Below are positions 48,905 to 61,799 of a stretch of DNA of 64,000 nt, in pieces. Made by a program: the position numbers and the translations under genes. This DNA comes from Anolis carolinensis. Taxonomy: Eukaryota. The stretch lies in assembly GCF_035594765.1 (NCBI RefSeq), contig NC_085842.1, positions 146,209,036-146,273,035 on the forward strand, read 5' to 3'. The first letter of the stretch is position 1. The number at the start of each line of letters is the position of its first letter. Under the pieces are notes generated by a model, which saw nothing but the letters and a program-made list of their open reading frames with translations, did not search any database and was not told the DNA's origin.

Positions 48905-51900
48905 CAACAACAACAACAACAACAACACTTTGTTTATATCCCGCCCCCTCTCCCCAAGGGACAGCTTAAAACAAGAGGAAACAATGTACATAATATCAGT
49001 CACACAATCCAAAAAAAGGTCAAATCAAAACAAACAAATCAAGAAAGACAAACAACAATACAAACATAGAAGAAAAATAAATCCCAATAAACATATTAAT
49101 TATAACTCATAAACATTACCATATAAATATAAAAACTTTACAACAATTAAGACATATAGTACCACTAAAAACATCACAACACATGCTTTTGTTAGTAAAT
49201 ATCAATAAATTAAAATTATTCCCATTAAATACTGCAATCTCTTTGTTTACAATTAGCCATAAAGGTTCTTTGAGTGGGGGGGGGGGGGAGTCTAAGCTCC
49301 TTGGGGAGGGCATTTCATCAATACACATGTAATTGATCTTGCAAATTACAACTTCTGTTTTGTAATAATTTCTATTGTCTATTGTATCTTTTTCTTTTAA
49401 TAGTTCCTGAATACGGCCATAAAATTTCCAGGCCGAAACACTGTTTTCAAGAATAAAATACAGTGGGCCCTTGGTATCTGCCAGAATTTAGTTCTCCCCA
49501 TCCCCACCTATCCATTGATTTGTTTGAAATTACTTGTACTACTTTATTCATATATCACTCTGAGATATTTATCTATCGATCTATCATTGATTGATCAATC
49601 TAGCTATCTATCATCTATCTCTCTGTTAAAAGTGAAAATATGTACATGTGTATGTAATTTCCAAGATGGCTACTACATCCAGAGAGCCCTGTGACTCCCA
49701 CCAACAACAGATCTAGATTAAACTTGACACCTCCATGACCCACTAAAAATACTGGAGAGATTTTGGAGGATAACCGGAGTTGCAGTTCACTCACACCCTG
49801 AGACCACAGTGAAGCCCACCAACGATGAATTCGGGTCAAACTTGGCACCCGTACCCCCACCCCTATCAATTTTAAGTACTTGGAGAGTCTGGGGAGCAAT
49901 GAAAAATCATGATGGGAGCTGCAGATCTTCCACATCCAGAGAGCTCTGTGTACCTAACCGATGATGGAACTGGATCAAACGTAGCACCCATACAACTCAT
50001 GCCCAACTTTAAGTACTGATAGGGTTTGGGGGGAGGGCAATGATAGAGGATGATGTGAGTTATAGTTAATCCATACACAAAGTGTACTTGAACCCCGCCG
50101 ACAATGGATCTGGACCAAACTTGACACACATACCCACCATGGCCAGTTTTAAGTGCTGGTGAGGTTTGTGGGGCAAAGACAGAGGGGGATAGGAGTTATA
50201 GTTCATTTATATATGAAGTGCACAGTGAACCCCACCAAAAATGCATCTGGACCAAAATTGTCACACATACCCACTATGACTAACTTTAAGGACTGGCAGG
50301 GTTTGGTGGGCAGTGGCAGAGGACAATAAAAGTTGTAATTCACCCACATCCAGAGAACACTGTGAAGCCCACCAACCATGGATCTGGACCAAATGTGGCC
50401 CACATACATATCACGACCAGTACTGGCAGAGTTAGGAGCAATGACAGATGATGATGGTAATTGTAGTTTACCCATATCCTGATGCATATTCTAATTGAAC
50501 CATTCATAAAATCCAAAAATAAACAATGACTATTTCTAATAAATAGCATTACAAAAGACCTAACTCGGGCATCACTGGACACCTAAACAAGTATCATAAT
50601 GAAGGGTAGAATATAAACATTATACATACATGCATAGAAATTGTAATCTTTTAATACCAACATAGGACATGGTGTAAAGTGCAATTTTGTATTCTTAAAT
50701 AGAAGTGAGAAAAATATTGTTGTGGGCAACCCCACAGGTCTATTGTGTAATCTCCCAAAGCCACCATTTTGGCCCACAAATACCCCCAGCATATTCTGCT
50801 AGTCTGTAAGCTATTCACTGCAAGTCCTTGGAGAGTTTGCAGAATGCAGGAAACAGTTGTAGGCAACAGTTATAGCCAACAAGCACAATCATGGTACTGG
50901 TCCCTGGAACTAGCGCCACCTTTCTGCCTGTCATATGGAGTGGAACAATTTTAAAAAGTTACAAGGGCAACAACATTTAGCCAATATGACAAAAAAAAGA
51001 AATATATTGATATCAATAGATGTTATTAAAGAGCTTTTTCTGCATGCAATCAAAAGCGAACAGCTTCTTGCTGTTACTCCCTTTATGCTTCTTACTGTTA
51101 TTCTCTTTATGATGCAACCTAGTGTGATGCACAGCTGCCTTGTTCTCCTTGGGGACTTTTGGGCTAAGCCATGTTGTTTTTATTTTGTTTTAGGCCTTTC
51201 TGGAAAATAAAAATAAAAACAAAAAAAACATTTGGATTGGCTTAAAGTACCAAGTAGGTGAAAAAGTGTGGAAGTGGGTAGATGGGAAACCTCTTTCCAA
51301 TCTGTGAGTATCTTCAATATCTTTTCACAGCTAGGGCTGTAATACGATTATAAAGAAAAAAAGGATAAAAACTGTGACTTCCTGGCCCTTTTAATCGATA
51401 TAGATACACCTGATCTTACAAGCTGTATAAAACATTGAAATAAAAATCAGGACACACATAAGCTCTATGACAGTGAAGCTGAAAATAAAACTTTGGCTCT
51501 TTCTACATTGGTAAAAAACTGCAAATCAGGGCAGAAGTTGCTTCTGGGTGTCCAGACAATGTTTGCCCATAACCAGAGCTGGCCCTAGGTATTTTTCAAG
51601 TGTAGGCAAACAGAATTTTGGTGCCCCCCCCCCCAAACCAATCACTGAAAAATAAAAGCGTTGGATAAGCGAAAATGTTGGATAATAAGGAGGGATTAAG
51701 CAAAAGCCTATTAAACATCAAATTACATTAAGATTTTACAAATTAAGCACCAAAACATCATGTTTTACAATAAACCAATAGAAAAAGCAGTCTCGACTGC
51801 ACCCCCGTATGTTTTGCGCCCGAAGCAACCGCTTAATTCACCTCATTGTTGGACCGGCTCTGCCCATAACACAGGGTACACTGTGTTAACTAGTTTTATC

Positions 51901-53181
51901 CCTGCATTAGCCATAACTTTGGGATTGGTGTGATGAACTGGACTGATTCTAATTCAAAATAATCAGTCTGTCTACACAAGTCAGTGCTGCCATTCCCTTT
52001 TTTCTGTGCTTTGATTTGTTGCTGCAAAACTGGCCAATGGGGGCACTTCCAGACAGGCACCAAAATGCAGGGCCTGTTGGGCTTTTACTGGAGGTGTCCA
52101 AACGACGTCTCCAGTAAAGGCAACTTAATTTGGGAGAAACCCTGGTAAACCCTGCTTTGTCCCAGATTAATTTGATACCCCATTAGATCCAGGCCTTCCT
52201 GAAAGGACCGGGTCTAGTGGGGTATTGCACCTGTGGGGACTCACCCCGAGTACTCCCAGGCTTCAGTCCCCACAGCCATCTTGTATCTTTTGGGCTTCTG
52301 GATCCCAAAGGTGCAAGATGACACCCACCTCTCTCCCAAAGCCCCCCCCCCTCCAAGTCCTTAAAATGAAAAAAAGTTTACCAGGTCACCATTAAGCTGC
52401 TTTGACAGTCCTCCTCGCATGTAGAAATGATGTACCAGGACAGGAAGGGGGGCAAGGAGTAAAATTTAACTCAGTGCCCCGGGTGGTACTTGGTCATCTG
52501 AAGCTGAATAAGAGCAGGGAATTGGAAACAACATTAGCTTGAAAACACACCAGGAAAGGTTCATTTGGAAGAACTCCCTCAAACCGTATTTACATTGATC
52601 GTTTCAGTATACCTGCAAGTTTAAAACATTTTCCTAATTTTCTTTTTGACTTTTTGACTCTTCTAATGCATATGACCTCTGGTTACAGCTGTCATTATTG
52701 TCCAATTTCAATGACACTTTGAATTACATGTTTTCACCTGCATGCTCTATAAGCACACACTCTTGTTGTCATTGCTGCTGTTTTTTAATATTGTGGTCTG
52801 GTCTCGTCTGGTGTGGGAGGAGGACCATGGGGTAGTATGCAACCTAGTGACATCACTGGTTCTTTTTAAATGTTTTCGGCTTCACTTAACATAAGGTCTG
52901 TTATTTTGAAGCTGCATCCAAACCCAAACAAGCAGCTGCTCCTTCCTCAACAGAAATCCAACATGCTAAATTCCCTATTAGTTTGCCACTGACAGATCAT
53001 TCTCTTTCTTTTTAGAAAGTGGCGAACAGAACCCCCAGAAAATGAAAATGACTGCTTCACTACAGGTCAAAAAAATAATGTGTGGGCCAAATATCCCTGT
53101 GTAAATATCTATGCCTCACCCATTTGTGAAAAGAGCAGACATGTAGTCTGTGTACTACAATCCCCATTTTGGCCACAGTGA
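45008..53181 (+). CDS. Type II transmembrane C-type lectin-like receptor C (about 273 aa), paralog of B
   Basis: Exons 45008-45140 (MDDNDQNKDYQNEGYRSEEYQND...), 46522-46638 (EQEYEYIPL), 47372-47497 (TM LFIVFCIVLLSSLVMTTVALVMTCFR), 47804-47827 (24-nt stalk), 47984-48129 (VCSDGWDKFQEKCYYF...GADLIVI), 51194-51303 (IWIGLKYQVGEKVWKWVDG), 53016-53181 (NDCF...WAKYPC...ICEK...CVLQSPFWPQ*). The 117- and 146-nt exon sizes match gene B. Confidence 0.88.
45503..46312. mobile_element. Cluster of four palindromic Harbinger-like MITEs in lectin C intron 1
   Basis: Units at about 45503-45652, 45775-45993, 45997-46146 and 46164-46312 with GGCCC(C)TTC...GAAGGG(G)CC termini. Confidence 0.75.
48249..48813 (+). 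mobile_element. CR1 LINE 3' fragment
   Basis: NGFKLQKRRFHLNIRKSFLTIRAIQLWNSLPRSVVGAPSLETFKQRLD; TATTCTATGATTC tail. Confidence 0.9.
48870..48927. repeat. Compound (AAT)n(AAC)n microsatellite
   Basis: Direct reading. Confidence 0.95.
49620..50580. repeat. Degenerate tandem repeat of about 120-145 bp, probably TE-internal
   Basis: Recurring GGA(C/T)CAAA(C/T)TTG(G/A)CAC(A/C)CATAC and CACATCCAGAGA motifs, about six times. Confidence 0.55.
51574..51862. mobile_element. Non-autonomous hAT element carrying a Tc1/Tigger-like MITE fragment
   Basis: TIRs CAGAGCTGGCC / GGACCGGCTCTG; 8-bp TSD CCCATAAC (51566-51573, 51863-51870); interior about 51655-51790 matches 57765-57895. Confidence 0.8.
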
Positions 53182-54059
53182 ACTTTTGTGCATCTTAAAG
53201 CATGATGATTACGACTGACGAACAAAGAGCAGAAAAGCTTGCAGTATCTGTGTTATCGAGGACCCCCAACCCACCCCCAATAAAAAGGAGACATAGTTTG
53301 ACCTCTGTGGGAATTGTAGTTTCCCAAGGACAGAAGGACAGATGAACTGGAAGCAGTCTCCATCCCCATGACCTCCCTCGAACCTCCATAAGATCAGCAG
53401 CAGCCCGCACTCCATAGCCCTCCATAGCACACACACACCTAGCTCATCTGTACAGACTGAGCTGGTTCACACCAGGCTTTTATGGAGATCGCCCAGCTTA
53501 TCCTCTCTCTTCTCTCAGCCAAGATACAAGACAAATGGCTAAAATGTATCCAAAGCACCTCCATTTCCAAACCCCTGCTGCTATGTATCTCTCTATATAT
53601 CTTTTATTTTTTTAATCTTTTTTTCTTATGTGGACATGTGGATGTGCGCTTGAGTGGAGAGGATAAACTATAAACAAATAAGGCAAATGACCTTTTCCAA
53701 CTTGTGCTCAGCAATGGCGAGATCTCTCTCTTGATCTCCTCTTCCTTCTGTATAAACCTGTACCAAACTACACATGAACTCTCTTTTATATTTTTATTAT
53801 TGAACTTTATAAAATGAAGGCAAATATACATGAACCCATGAATTCCAGTAACCTCTCTTGAGAAATTCCAGATACCTGTTCCACGCCCTGTGTGAGAACC
53901 AGAGATGGGACATAATCTGTGGGACTGTGGGTCTTGTATCTGTACAATCCTGTCAAATCATTTTATGGACTTTTCTTTGTCTCCAGCATTCCATTGCTAC
54001 ACACCTAAGGGTTGGCTTGACCCCTAATGACCTCACTGCCCCCAAGACCACCTCCGCCA

Positions 54060-54548
54060 GCCCATTAGCCCTGTTGACCAGTTCCACTAGCTGCCAATTT
54101 GCTACTGACCACAACTCAAAGTGCTGGTGTTAGCCTATAAAGCCCTAAACAGTTCTGGCCTAGCTTACTTGTCCAAATATATCTTCCTTTATGAACCTTC
54201 TTGGAGTTTAAGATCATCTGGAGAGGCCCTGCTCTCAGCTCTGCCTTCTTCCCAGGCACGATTGGCGGATACGAGAGACAGAGCCTTCTCGGTGGTGGAC
54301 CAAGCCTTCGAAAATCTAGTGCAATAATTAGATACGAAAGATGTGTAATTGACTTATGGAATGGCCCCAGACTACGCCTATGGATTACATGATTTAACTT
54401 GTATGGATTCAAATGTTTTTAATTGTTTTAATGGTGCACTTGTTTTATTGTACTATGTTTTTCAAGGCATTGCCTATGTTGTGAAGCCGCCTTGAATCCC
54501 CTCCAGGGTTGAGAAAGGCGGGATAAAAGAGCCGCAAATAAATAAATT
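54060..54548 (+). mobile_element. L2 LINE 3' fragment
   Basis: VLVLAYKALNSSGLAYLSKYIFLYEPSWSLRSSGEALL...RDRAFSVV, then an AAATAAATAAAT tail. Confidence 0.8.
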
Positions 54549-55718
54549 AGAATCCCCCGGGCCTCTCTGCCCAGCTGAGAGGAGATCTCTGGCTATGTCA
54601 TTGCCTCATCCTCCGATTATAGCTTTCATTGGCTAAGACTCACCTCCTGACCAGTTAGAGGCCTGCGGGGTGCCGGCCGGCTTCTCGGCGCTGGCCAATC
54701 AAGGGAAAGGGAGGGAGTTTCAAAATGTAGCAATGATAATGCATGAAATGTCTTGTGTATAAAAATGTCTGCTTATGATTATGCTTTCATACTTGTACCC
54801 TTCAAGCGTCCGTGCTGTACAAGTGCCCCTTTTACATAAATCAGATAAAGTCTCTATCATTTGCCTCCAACTTGGTGAGATTCCTGGTTCCTGATTCATG
54901 ACATCCACGGTTAGCGAAGCTTGCCAGGCATCCCTAAGCCATCCATTGGACTTAGAAAAACTCCAAATTTCCAGCATCATCTGATCAATTTCTACATCTG
55001 CTCCCAGCTGAAAGAAGAAACCTCATTACATTTTATAAACTGTTAAAAAATACCCCTTCCTCTCCGCCTCATATCTTCCTTAGAATTCTTCTGTTCAAAA
55101 TTATGAAGGGATTCATTTGATCCCTTTGAGAATTTTCCCAGTAAGGTAAGGTTTGCAACCTTGCTTCTTTTTGTCTGTCCTCAATCTGCCATCAGTCCAT
55201 TTCACAGGGAGAAATCCATTTACTGAATTCACTACTTCAGTCCTATATCTTTTGAAATGTCTGATGAATTCAGTAGGGTCTGGCTACAATAATAAGCATG
55301 TTTACTTGGAAGAAATGTTTTACACAATACTTCATGGGTTGGTCCCAGACTATAAGAACAGTGGATGTATTTGTACCCTTGTGCCATGGAGCAGCGGCAA
55401 ATCACATGCTCCCTTCCACATACCTATGTGATAAGACACACTTAATTCCTGCCTTACAGATATCTCCAGGCTTTCACGAGTGATCTCAAGGGGCCAGTCA
55501 GTGCAGTATCACATCATTATTGCTTCCCAGGGAATCACTTCTGATATTGAATTGGTCTGGTACTGGAAACGTTGGTGTATATTTACTCACCTGCAATTAG
55601 ATATTCAGCTCATGGATTTCATGCTTAAGTAACAACTAGTAAGCACATTTTCATTATGCTGTTGATCTCAGAAATGCTCTGTACAGTTTCTATTGGAACA
55701 GGCAGGAGAGGGGGCAGC

Positions 55719-56526
55719 TGTTGTGGTTCAGCCTGATGACGATGAGGGATTTGTGTCAGGGAGACTGGGAGATGCAGTTTCAGAGCCAAGGGGAATGATG
55801 GATGCAGATACAGCTGCACAGGAGGTGTTATTAGAGCAATCGTGTGAAAGTGCTGATATTTTGGACTCCAGTCAGGGCCATGAACTCTCACCTAGGAACT
55901 GCAGTCAAAATGCCATGAACTCATCTGAGGGAACAGTGGATTTAGATAAACATTCTAGGCTGGCTCTTAGGGAAGAGGGAATCAGGTTGAAACGAAGTGA
56001 GAGACTTTGTGGGAGAGAGAGGGGCAAGCAAAGAGTGCAGAAGAATGTGTTCATGTTTTGCAGCCCTTTAAAGTAGATTTCTGTGAGAGGCTTTCAGATC
56101 TGCCAACGTCTCTATACCTAGGAGGGTTTAGCTTGGTTTTCTATTCAAGTTTGGGATTCATGTTTTATGCTCATGTTTTGTTCCTTGTTCCATGAATGTT
56201 TTGCCATTTCTGTTCCTTGTTATACTACTGGTTTAGACTTCTACTGTCTTCCTGCTCCAGTTCAAAAACCTTTGGGATTATTCTGTCTTTTTGCTACAGT
56301 TTTACACTGGGATGCATGCTGCCTGTGGATTATCTTTTGTACACAGTTTGGCCTGGTGTTACCTCTGGCTTTTGCTTGCATTATTGACTCTTAAATTTTT
56401 ATCCTTTATTCACTCCTTGGTGTTTTACCCTTTTTATATGTGTTCTTTTAATAAACTGTTTTGACTTTTACATTTGGTGTCTTACTGGGTGCTGTGAACA
56501 AAGTGAAACCCTGCTGAGGTGCAATA
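55719..56526 (+). mobile_element. Solo LTR (808 bp)
   Basis: TGTTG...CAATA termini; 5-bp TSD GCAGC (55714-55718, 56527-56531); AATAAA at about 56450. Confidence 0.75.
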
Positions 56527-57004
56527 GCAGCATAACATCCCACATATCTGCCTCTTTGCTACATTTCTCAACATGTAAAAAAATCTCCACATCAGTGCAT
56601 CCTGTGTACAACGTTCACCCAGTTGTAAAATGTTAGCACAAGCTCTTAACTTTCTGTAAAGTCTGTTTTCATGTTTTCCTTCAGATAGTTTTAACATGAA
56701 AGGTATTTGCACAGGTTTGGCTGTTTTGCATAGAAATATGGCTGTGTTAGCAAATTCCTATTCTCTCATAAAGTAGCATTTCATGGGGGAAATCCATAGA
56801 CAGCCATCATCAACCTGTTGCCCTCCAGTAGTTACAGAGCAACTTGGCCACCCTAATGTAACAACAACAACAACACCTGATTGGAATTAATTCTAATCTG
56901 AGAGAAACGAAGGGAATTTGCCACAGTGCACATGGCTGAGAGAACATGTGTCAAACTCAAGACTGTATCAAGCCCACCATGTCATTTTATGTGATCCTCT
57001 AGAT

Positions 57005-57138
57005 CAGGCATAGGCAACCTTTGGCCCTCCAGTGTTTTGGATTTCATCTCCCAGGAACGCCAGTCAGTTTTCAGGCTGTTAGAAATTGTGGGAGTTGAAG
57101 TCCAAAGCATCTGGAGGGCAGAAGTTTGCCCATACCTG
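57005..57138. mobile_element. hAT-type MITE
   Basis: TIRs CAGGCATAGGCAA / TTGCCCATACCTG; TSD CTCTAGAT/ATCTAGAT. Confidence 0.75.
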
Positions 57139-57722
57139 ATCTAGATGCTGGACTACAGCTTTATGACAGAAGCTGATGGGAGTTGTGATAGTAACATCAG
57201 AAAGGCTGCCGTTTGTTCAGTCAGGATAATAGGGTTTGAGCTAAGATACAGAGCTTTTGAATATGATGTCTGATTTTAACCTTTCCCCAACCTCAAAGCC
57301 ACAAGTGCCATTAGGATGTAATTCCCATTATCTCCAGTTTGCATGGTGCATAATCAAAAGTGATGGGAGTCATCATTCAATAACATCTGGAGACCCAAAC
57401 TGGGTAAAAACTAAAGAGCACCAACAACTTCATAAAAAAAATTATAGTTGGTCCTCAGTATCCACGGATTCTCCATCCATGGATTCAACCACTCTTTGAA
57501 GGCAACTGTGGGGGCACGCTGGGGGAAATGGCTATCTATAGGTCTGGCAACCCAAGCGGCATTCGGTTTACCCTTTAATTATACCGCAAACCCCAAAGTA
57601 AACACTCTTGAAGCTGGTTACAGATAACAAAAAATGTGTTTATTGAACACAGGAAATAGTCCTTTTACTGTATTAGAAATAATATGAGGTAAAATCGCTG
57701 AAATTATACAGAAATAAAACTA

Positions 57723-58046
57723 CAGTAGAATCTCACTTATCCAACATAAACGGGCCGGCAGAATGTTGGATAAGCAAATATGTTGGATAATAAGGAGGGA
57801 TTAAGGAAAAGCCTATTAAACATCAAATTAGGTTATGATTTTACAAATTATGCACCAAAAACATAACGTTATAAAACAAATTTGACAGAAAAAGTAGTTC
57901 AATACGCAGTAATGCTATGTAGTAATTACTGTATTTACGAATTTAGCACTAAAATATCATGATGTATTGAAAACATTGACTACAAAAACGTGTTGGATAA
58001 TCCAGAACGTTGGATAAGTGAGTGTTGGATAAATGAGACTCTACTG
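57723..58046. mobile_element. Tc1/mariner (Tigger-like) MITE
   Basis: TIRs CAGTAGAATCTCACTTATCCAAC / GTTGGATAAATGAGACTCTACTG flanked by TA on both sides. Confidence 0.85.
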
Positions 58047-58067
58047 TATATTGATAGAGAACGAAGG

Positions 58068-58362
58068 CTATAAGGACTATAAAGGATAAGCACACAAGCT
58101 ATGAGGAAACTATAAGGTAAGGACTATAGGGTACGTACAAGGCTATGATAAGCACTATCTATAATGGCTATGAGGTAAACTATGAGCTATAATAACTATA
58201 AGGTAAGTACAAGGCTATGATAAGCACTATCTATAATGGCTATGAGGTCAACTATGAGGCAAGTACATAAGGTAAGTACTTCACTATGAGGTATGCTATC
58301 TAAGCTATAGGTAAATACTAGCTATGAAATAACTATAAGGTGATAAGCTATAAGGTAAGTAC
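58068..58362. repeat. Degenerate minisatellite (CTAT(A/G)AGG-based)
   Basis: Repeated CTATAAGG/CTATGAGG units with an exact duplicated block GTACAAGGCTATGATAAGCACTATCTATAATGGCTATGAGGT. Confidence 0.8.
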
Positions 58363-61300
58363 GTGATTTATGTTGCCTGTTTGAATTTGCAGGTCAAAGA
58401 ACCCAGATCAAATTCTAAGACCTATCTCTAAGAGGTTTTCCCCTGGAATCACAAATGGAGGGGGAAAGGACTCTAGAGATTAGCTCCCAGGCTGAACCAT
58501 CTCATCCAACCTACAGGGGAGTCCCAAGCTCCAACCCCAAAATGAGAGCCAATGGAACAGTCCTCCCAAGAACAGCAACCAGGAAATAAGCAAGAGAGGG
58601 AAAGCCAAGTAAGACATCACAGCAATCATAAGGCTGATGTTGCCCTTGATGAAAATGGGTTTGATATTCATGACTTAGAGATAGGAAGCATTATCTGTGT
58701 TGATGGACACAGCCAGTCATACCTCATGACAGAAGACATTTTTATTCCTACAATGCATGGCCAGGCAATGAGATGTATTTCACTGCATAACCAGATAGTC
58801 TATACAAACTACACTGTAGATTTTGATCAGCAGTCACCCATGATGCAGAAATGATTTAAACAGCCCTGCGTGCAAATTAAAGATAGGAAGACACAATATT
58901 TTGTAACTAAGCAACGCAAAGATGTTGAAGATATTTCTCACTTGAACGTCCTGTCTATACAAAAAGAGACCCATTCTGTTCAGAGCTTCTGTGAGTTTTG
59001 TGTCTTCATAAACCAGCAAAGTTTGTTTTCTAACCCTTCGATTTTTGAATAAGTTACTGTTTTCTTTAAAAAACATGACACAGCAATTTAAAGTCTCTGC
59101 ATTAAGGGTTGGAAAAGCTTTCAAAATGGGGAATTAGCAAAAAAAAAAAAGGCAGGAAACAACATGTTTAGAACACTTTGCAACAAATTGCCAATCTGGA
59201 GAAACTAGTTGTTTCTGAAAATACCTGAAGTGTTAGATATTCAGTTCTATGCCTCACTTTATCCCAAACTATAGTTTGTTTAATGTGAAAGGAGGGAATA
59301 AGCTTTCTCAGAACTTCTATCTGTACATTTATTTATTTATTTATTTACAGTATTTATATTCCGCCCTTCTCACCCCGAAGGGGACTCAGGGCGGATCACA
59401 TTATAACACACATAGGGCAAACATTCAATGCCCATAAACACATCAAACAGAGACTGAGAGACACACGTAGAGGCAAGTTAACCTTCTTCTGAGGGGATGT
59501 TCGATTCTGGCCACAGGGGGGAGCAGCTGCTTCTGGAAGTAAACACCACTTGATAGCAAGGGGCCATTGTAGTATAATAATAGTCTAGAAGCAAATAACA
59601 GAAGCTGGAAATTTCAGTTTTCTAAGACTCGTGAGAGTGGGGTTAGCTGCTGATCTAGGAAGGGTGATGAGAGACTTCATCTGAAAGGCAGGATGCCATT
59701 GCAATTCATTTCGGCCTCTTGCCCTTGGAAAACTAAAAATCAATTTCATGTTAAACTATAACTCTTTTGTTAGGGGTGGGGATTGTCATGTTCAATAACA
59801 TAACTAACTCCTTCCAATAATGAATTTCTGAATTTTCTGAGTTTTCTGTTCAAGCCACCGGCCAAGACAAGTTAATAGGTTGGGGCAGATTATATTTTAC
59901 CAGCTTGTGGGAAGAGTGGGCTGAGGGATTTTCTTCCATTGCCTCCTCTAGCTTCATCTGAGGATGTAATACAAAATTGCTGTTGAGTTTTGGTGCCAAG
60001 AACTGTGATGGGCTGTTCTTTTAAAAATTACCCTGTGTTGCAGTTTTACTTCCTGATTCCTATTTCGCTCTCAGTTCAATAAACAAAGTATACTATGGCT
60101 ATTGAGTTCTTCTGAATTATTTATGGTCACATTAGGTTTGCCATCTCTCAGGCCTATTTCCCAGGTCCATGGATTCCAGAAAACTGCCTGCCAGATAGCT
60201 TGGATCTAAAGTGTATAGAAATTTATAGTCTATCATCGATTCTTTGAATTGCATCAACTCACACTAAGGACTTATCTAATGTACCCAACCACCTATTCAC
60301 TGAAGCAGTCTCAAAGCAGATTTACTAAGGAACTAAAAGTCAAACCTCATTTATGGAGAAGGAGGGGTAGCCTCACCTCAAGTGCAGATGCCTCCATTCA
60401 AAAGTATTGGGCATGGTGCCCCTCCACCTGCTCAGACCATCTTCCCAAAAACACTGAGCCTGATTTAATTCCTTAATATGGACTATGAGTTTCTGATGGG
60501 ATGATGTGCTTTATTTATTTACTTATAGATATTTATATGAACAAATTTAGGAAATCTATTCCAATCTTCTTCTGCCAGAATGCTAAGCCCAGCACTTGGA
60601 GCAGGGCCTAGAAATCAGTAGGAGTCAATGAACTTGCTCAATGTTGGAATTATTGGAACAACGTGCTCTCTCTGTCAGATTCTTCTTTGGATATACTTTG
60701 CTGTGCTATACCAAGCAGACCAATTCAAACATTCTTTGAATGTTTGAATTGGTCTCCAGTGTGAAGAGGTCCTGCACATTGAAGACTTTTCACATGTTAG
60801 GGGGAGAGGGGCATACCGTTTTGGCAGCAGTTGCAGGCAAACAGCAGGCGCATGGGGTCCACATGCACCCTCCCTCCTCTCCCTATCACATGTGAGGGGT
60901 GGGACATGGCACCCTGTCCCCATCAGATAAAAGAAAGGGCGGCAACATGTGTTGCTGTGTTGCCGTTTTGTCCTTTTCCCCATCACAAAGGGGAAAGAGC
61001 CCAAAAATGGACGTAGCCCCATCGGCACCAGTGGTTCCCAGCCTTTGGTCCTCCAGTTATATTGGACTTCAACTCCCAGAAATCTCAGCCAGCTTACCAG
61101 CTGTTAGAAATTTTGGGAGCTAAAGTCCAAAACACCATGAGGATCAAAGTTTGGGAACTACTGGTTGGAGCTATCCCAAGCTCACTTACCTCTCCATTGT
61201 TACCAAGGAAGTGTCTTGCAAGGCTTCCTCTGCACTTGGAGGGTAAATGGGGCATGTGATGGTGCTTGGCAGGGACTGTCCTCAAAGTACTTCAAAAGGG

Positions 61301-61799
61301 CAGAAAGCTCTATTGTGGTGAAGTGGTGAATGTATACTGTATTAACTGTATCTATGAAATGACACATCTATGAAAAACAGAAAACAGGTTCAGGAAAGAA
61401 TATTTTCAGTGATGGTCCAAATGAGCTTGAACTGCAATAGTTACACTTGTTTTCATGTAACTAAATTATAATTACGTACAAACATATATGATAGGCGTGA
61501 AGTTAATGTTTGGCCTTCTAAATATTACAAGTCATATCAGTCCTAGCTAATACTGCCTGTGATGAAAGGTAGCAGACATTGTAATCCCACAAAATCTGGT
61601 AGCTCTCCATTATATAATAATACTTCTCAGGACATATCTACAGTGATGATTTAATACCGTTCAAAGCCAACTTCAAACTGCAGTGGCCAGACAATCACCT
61701 TGCTATGCAATGCTGCCCAAGCCCAGGTTGATCACTGGAGTAGGGAAATGGCTTGGGCAATGACAATACAAATCTTCCTAAAATTAATTCACTGGCACT

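Larger units (their letters stand above)
53300..60700 (-). pseudogene. Possible heavily decayed large-protein pseudogene, interrupted by TEs (weak RNF213-like resemblance)
   Basis: A series of short broken minus-strand ORFs between TE insertions (LNRMGLFL...KILCLP; GWMRWFSL; LEIWSFSKSNGWLRDAWQASLTVDV; ISPLLSTSWKRSF; LAERREDKL). The similarity is from memory only. Confidence 0.25.

Noticed and set aside
55693-56076. 127-aa acidic ORF
   Set aside because: Lies almost entirely inside the solo LTR and has no recognisable domain.
58068-58362. Repeat array as CRISPR-like
   Set aside because: Vertebrate DNA with no constant repeat and unique spacer pattern; it is a minisatellite.
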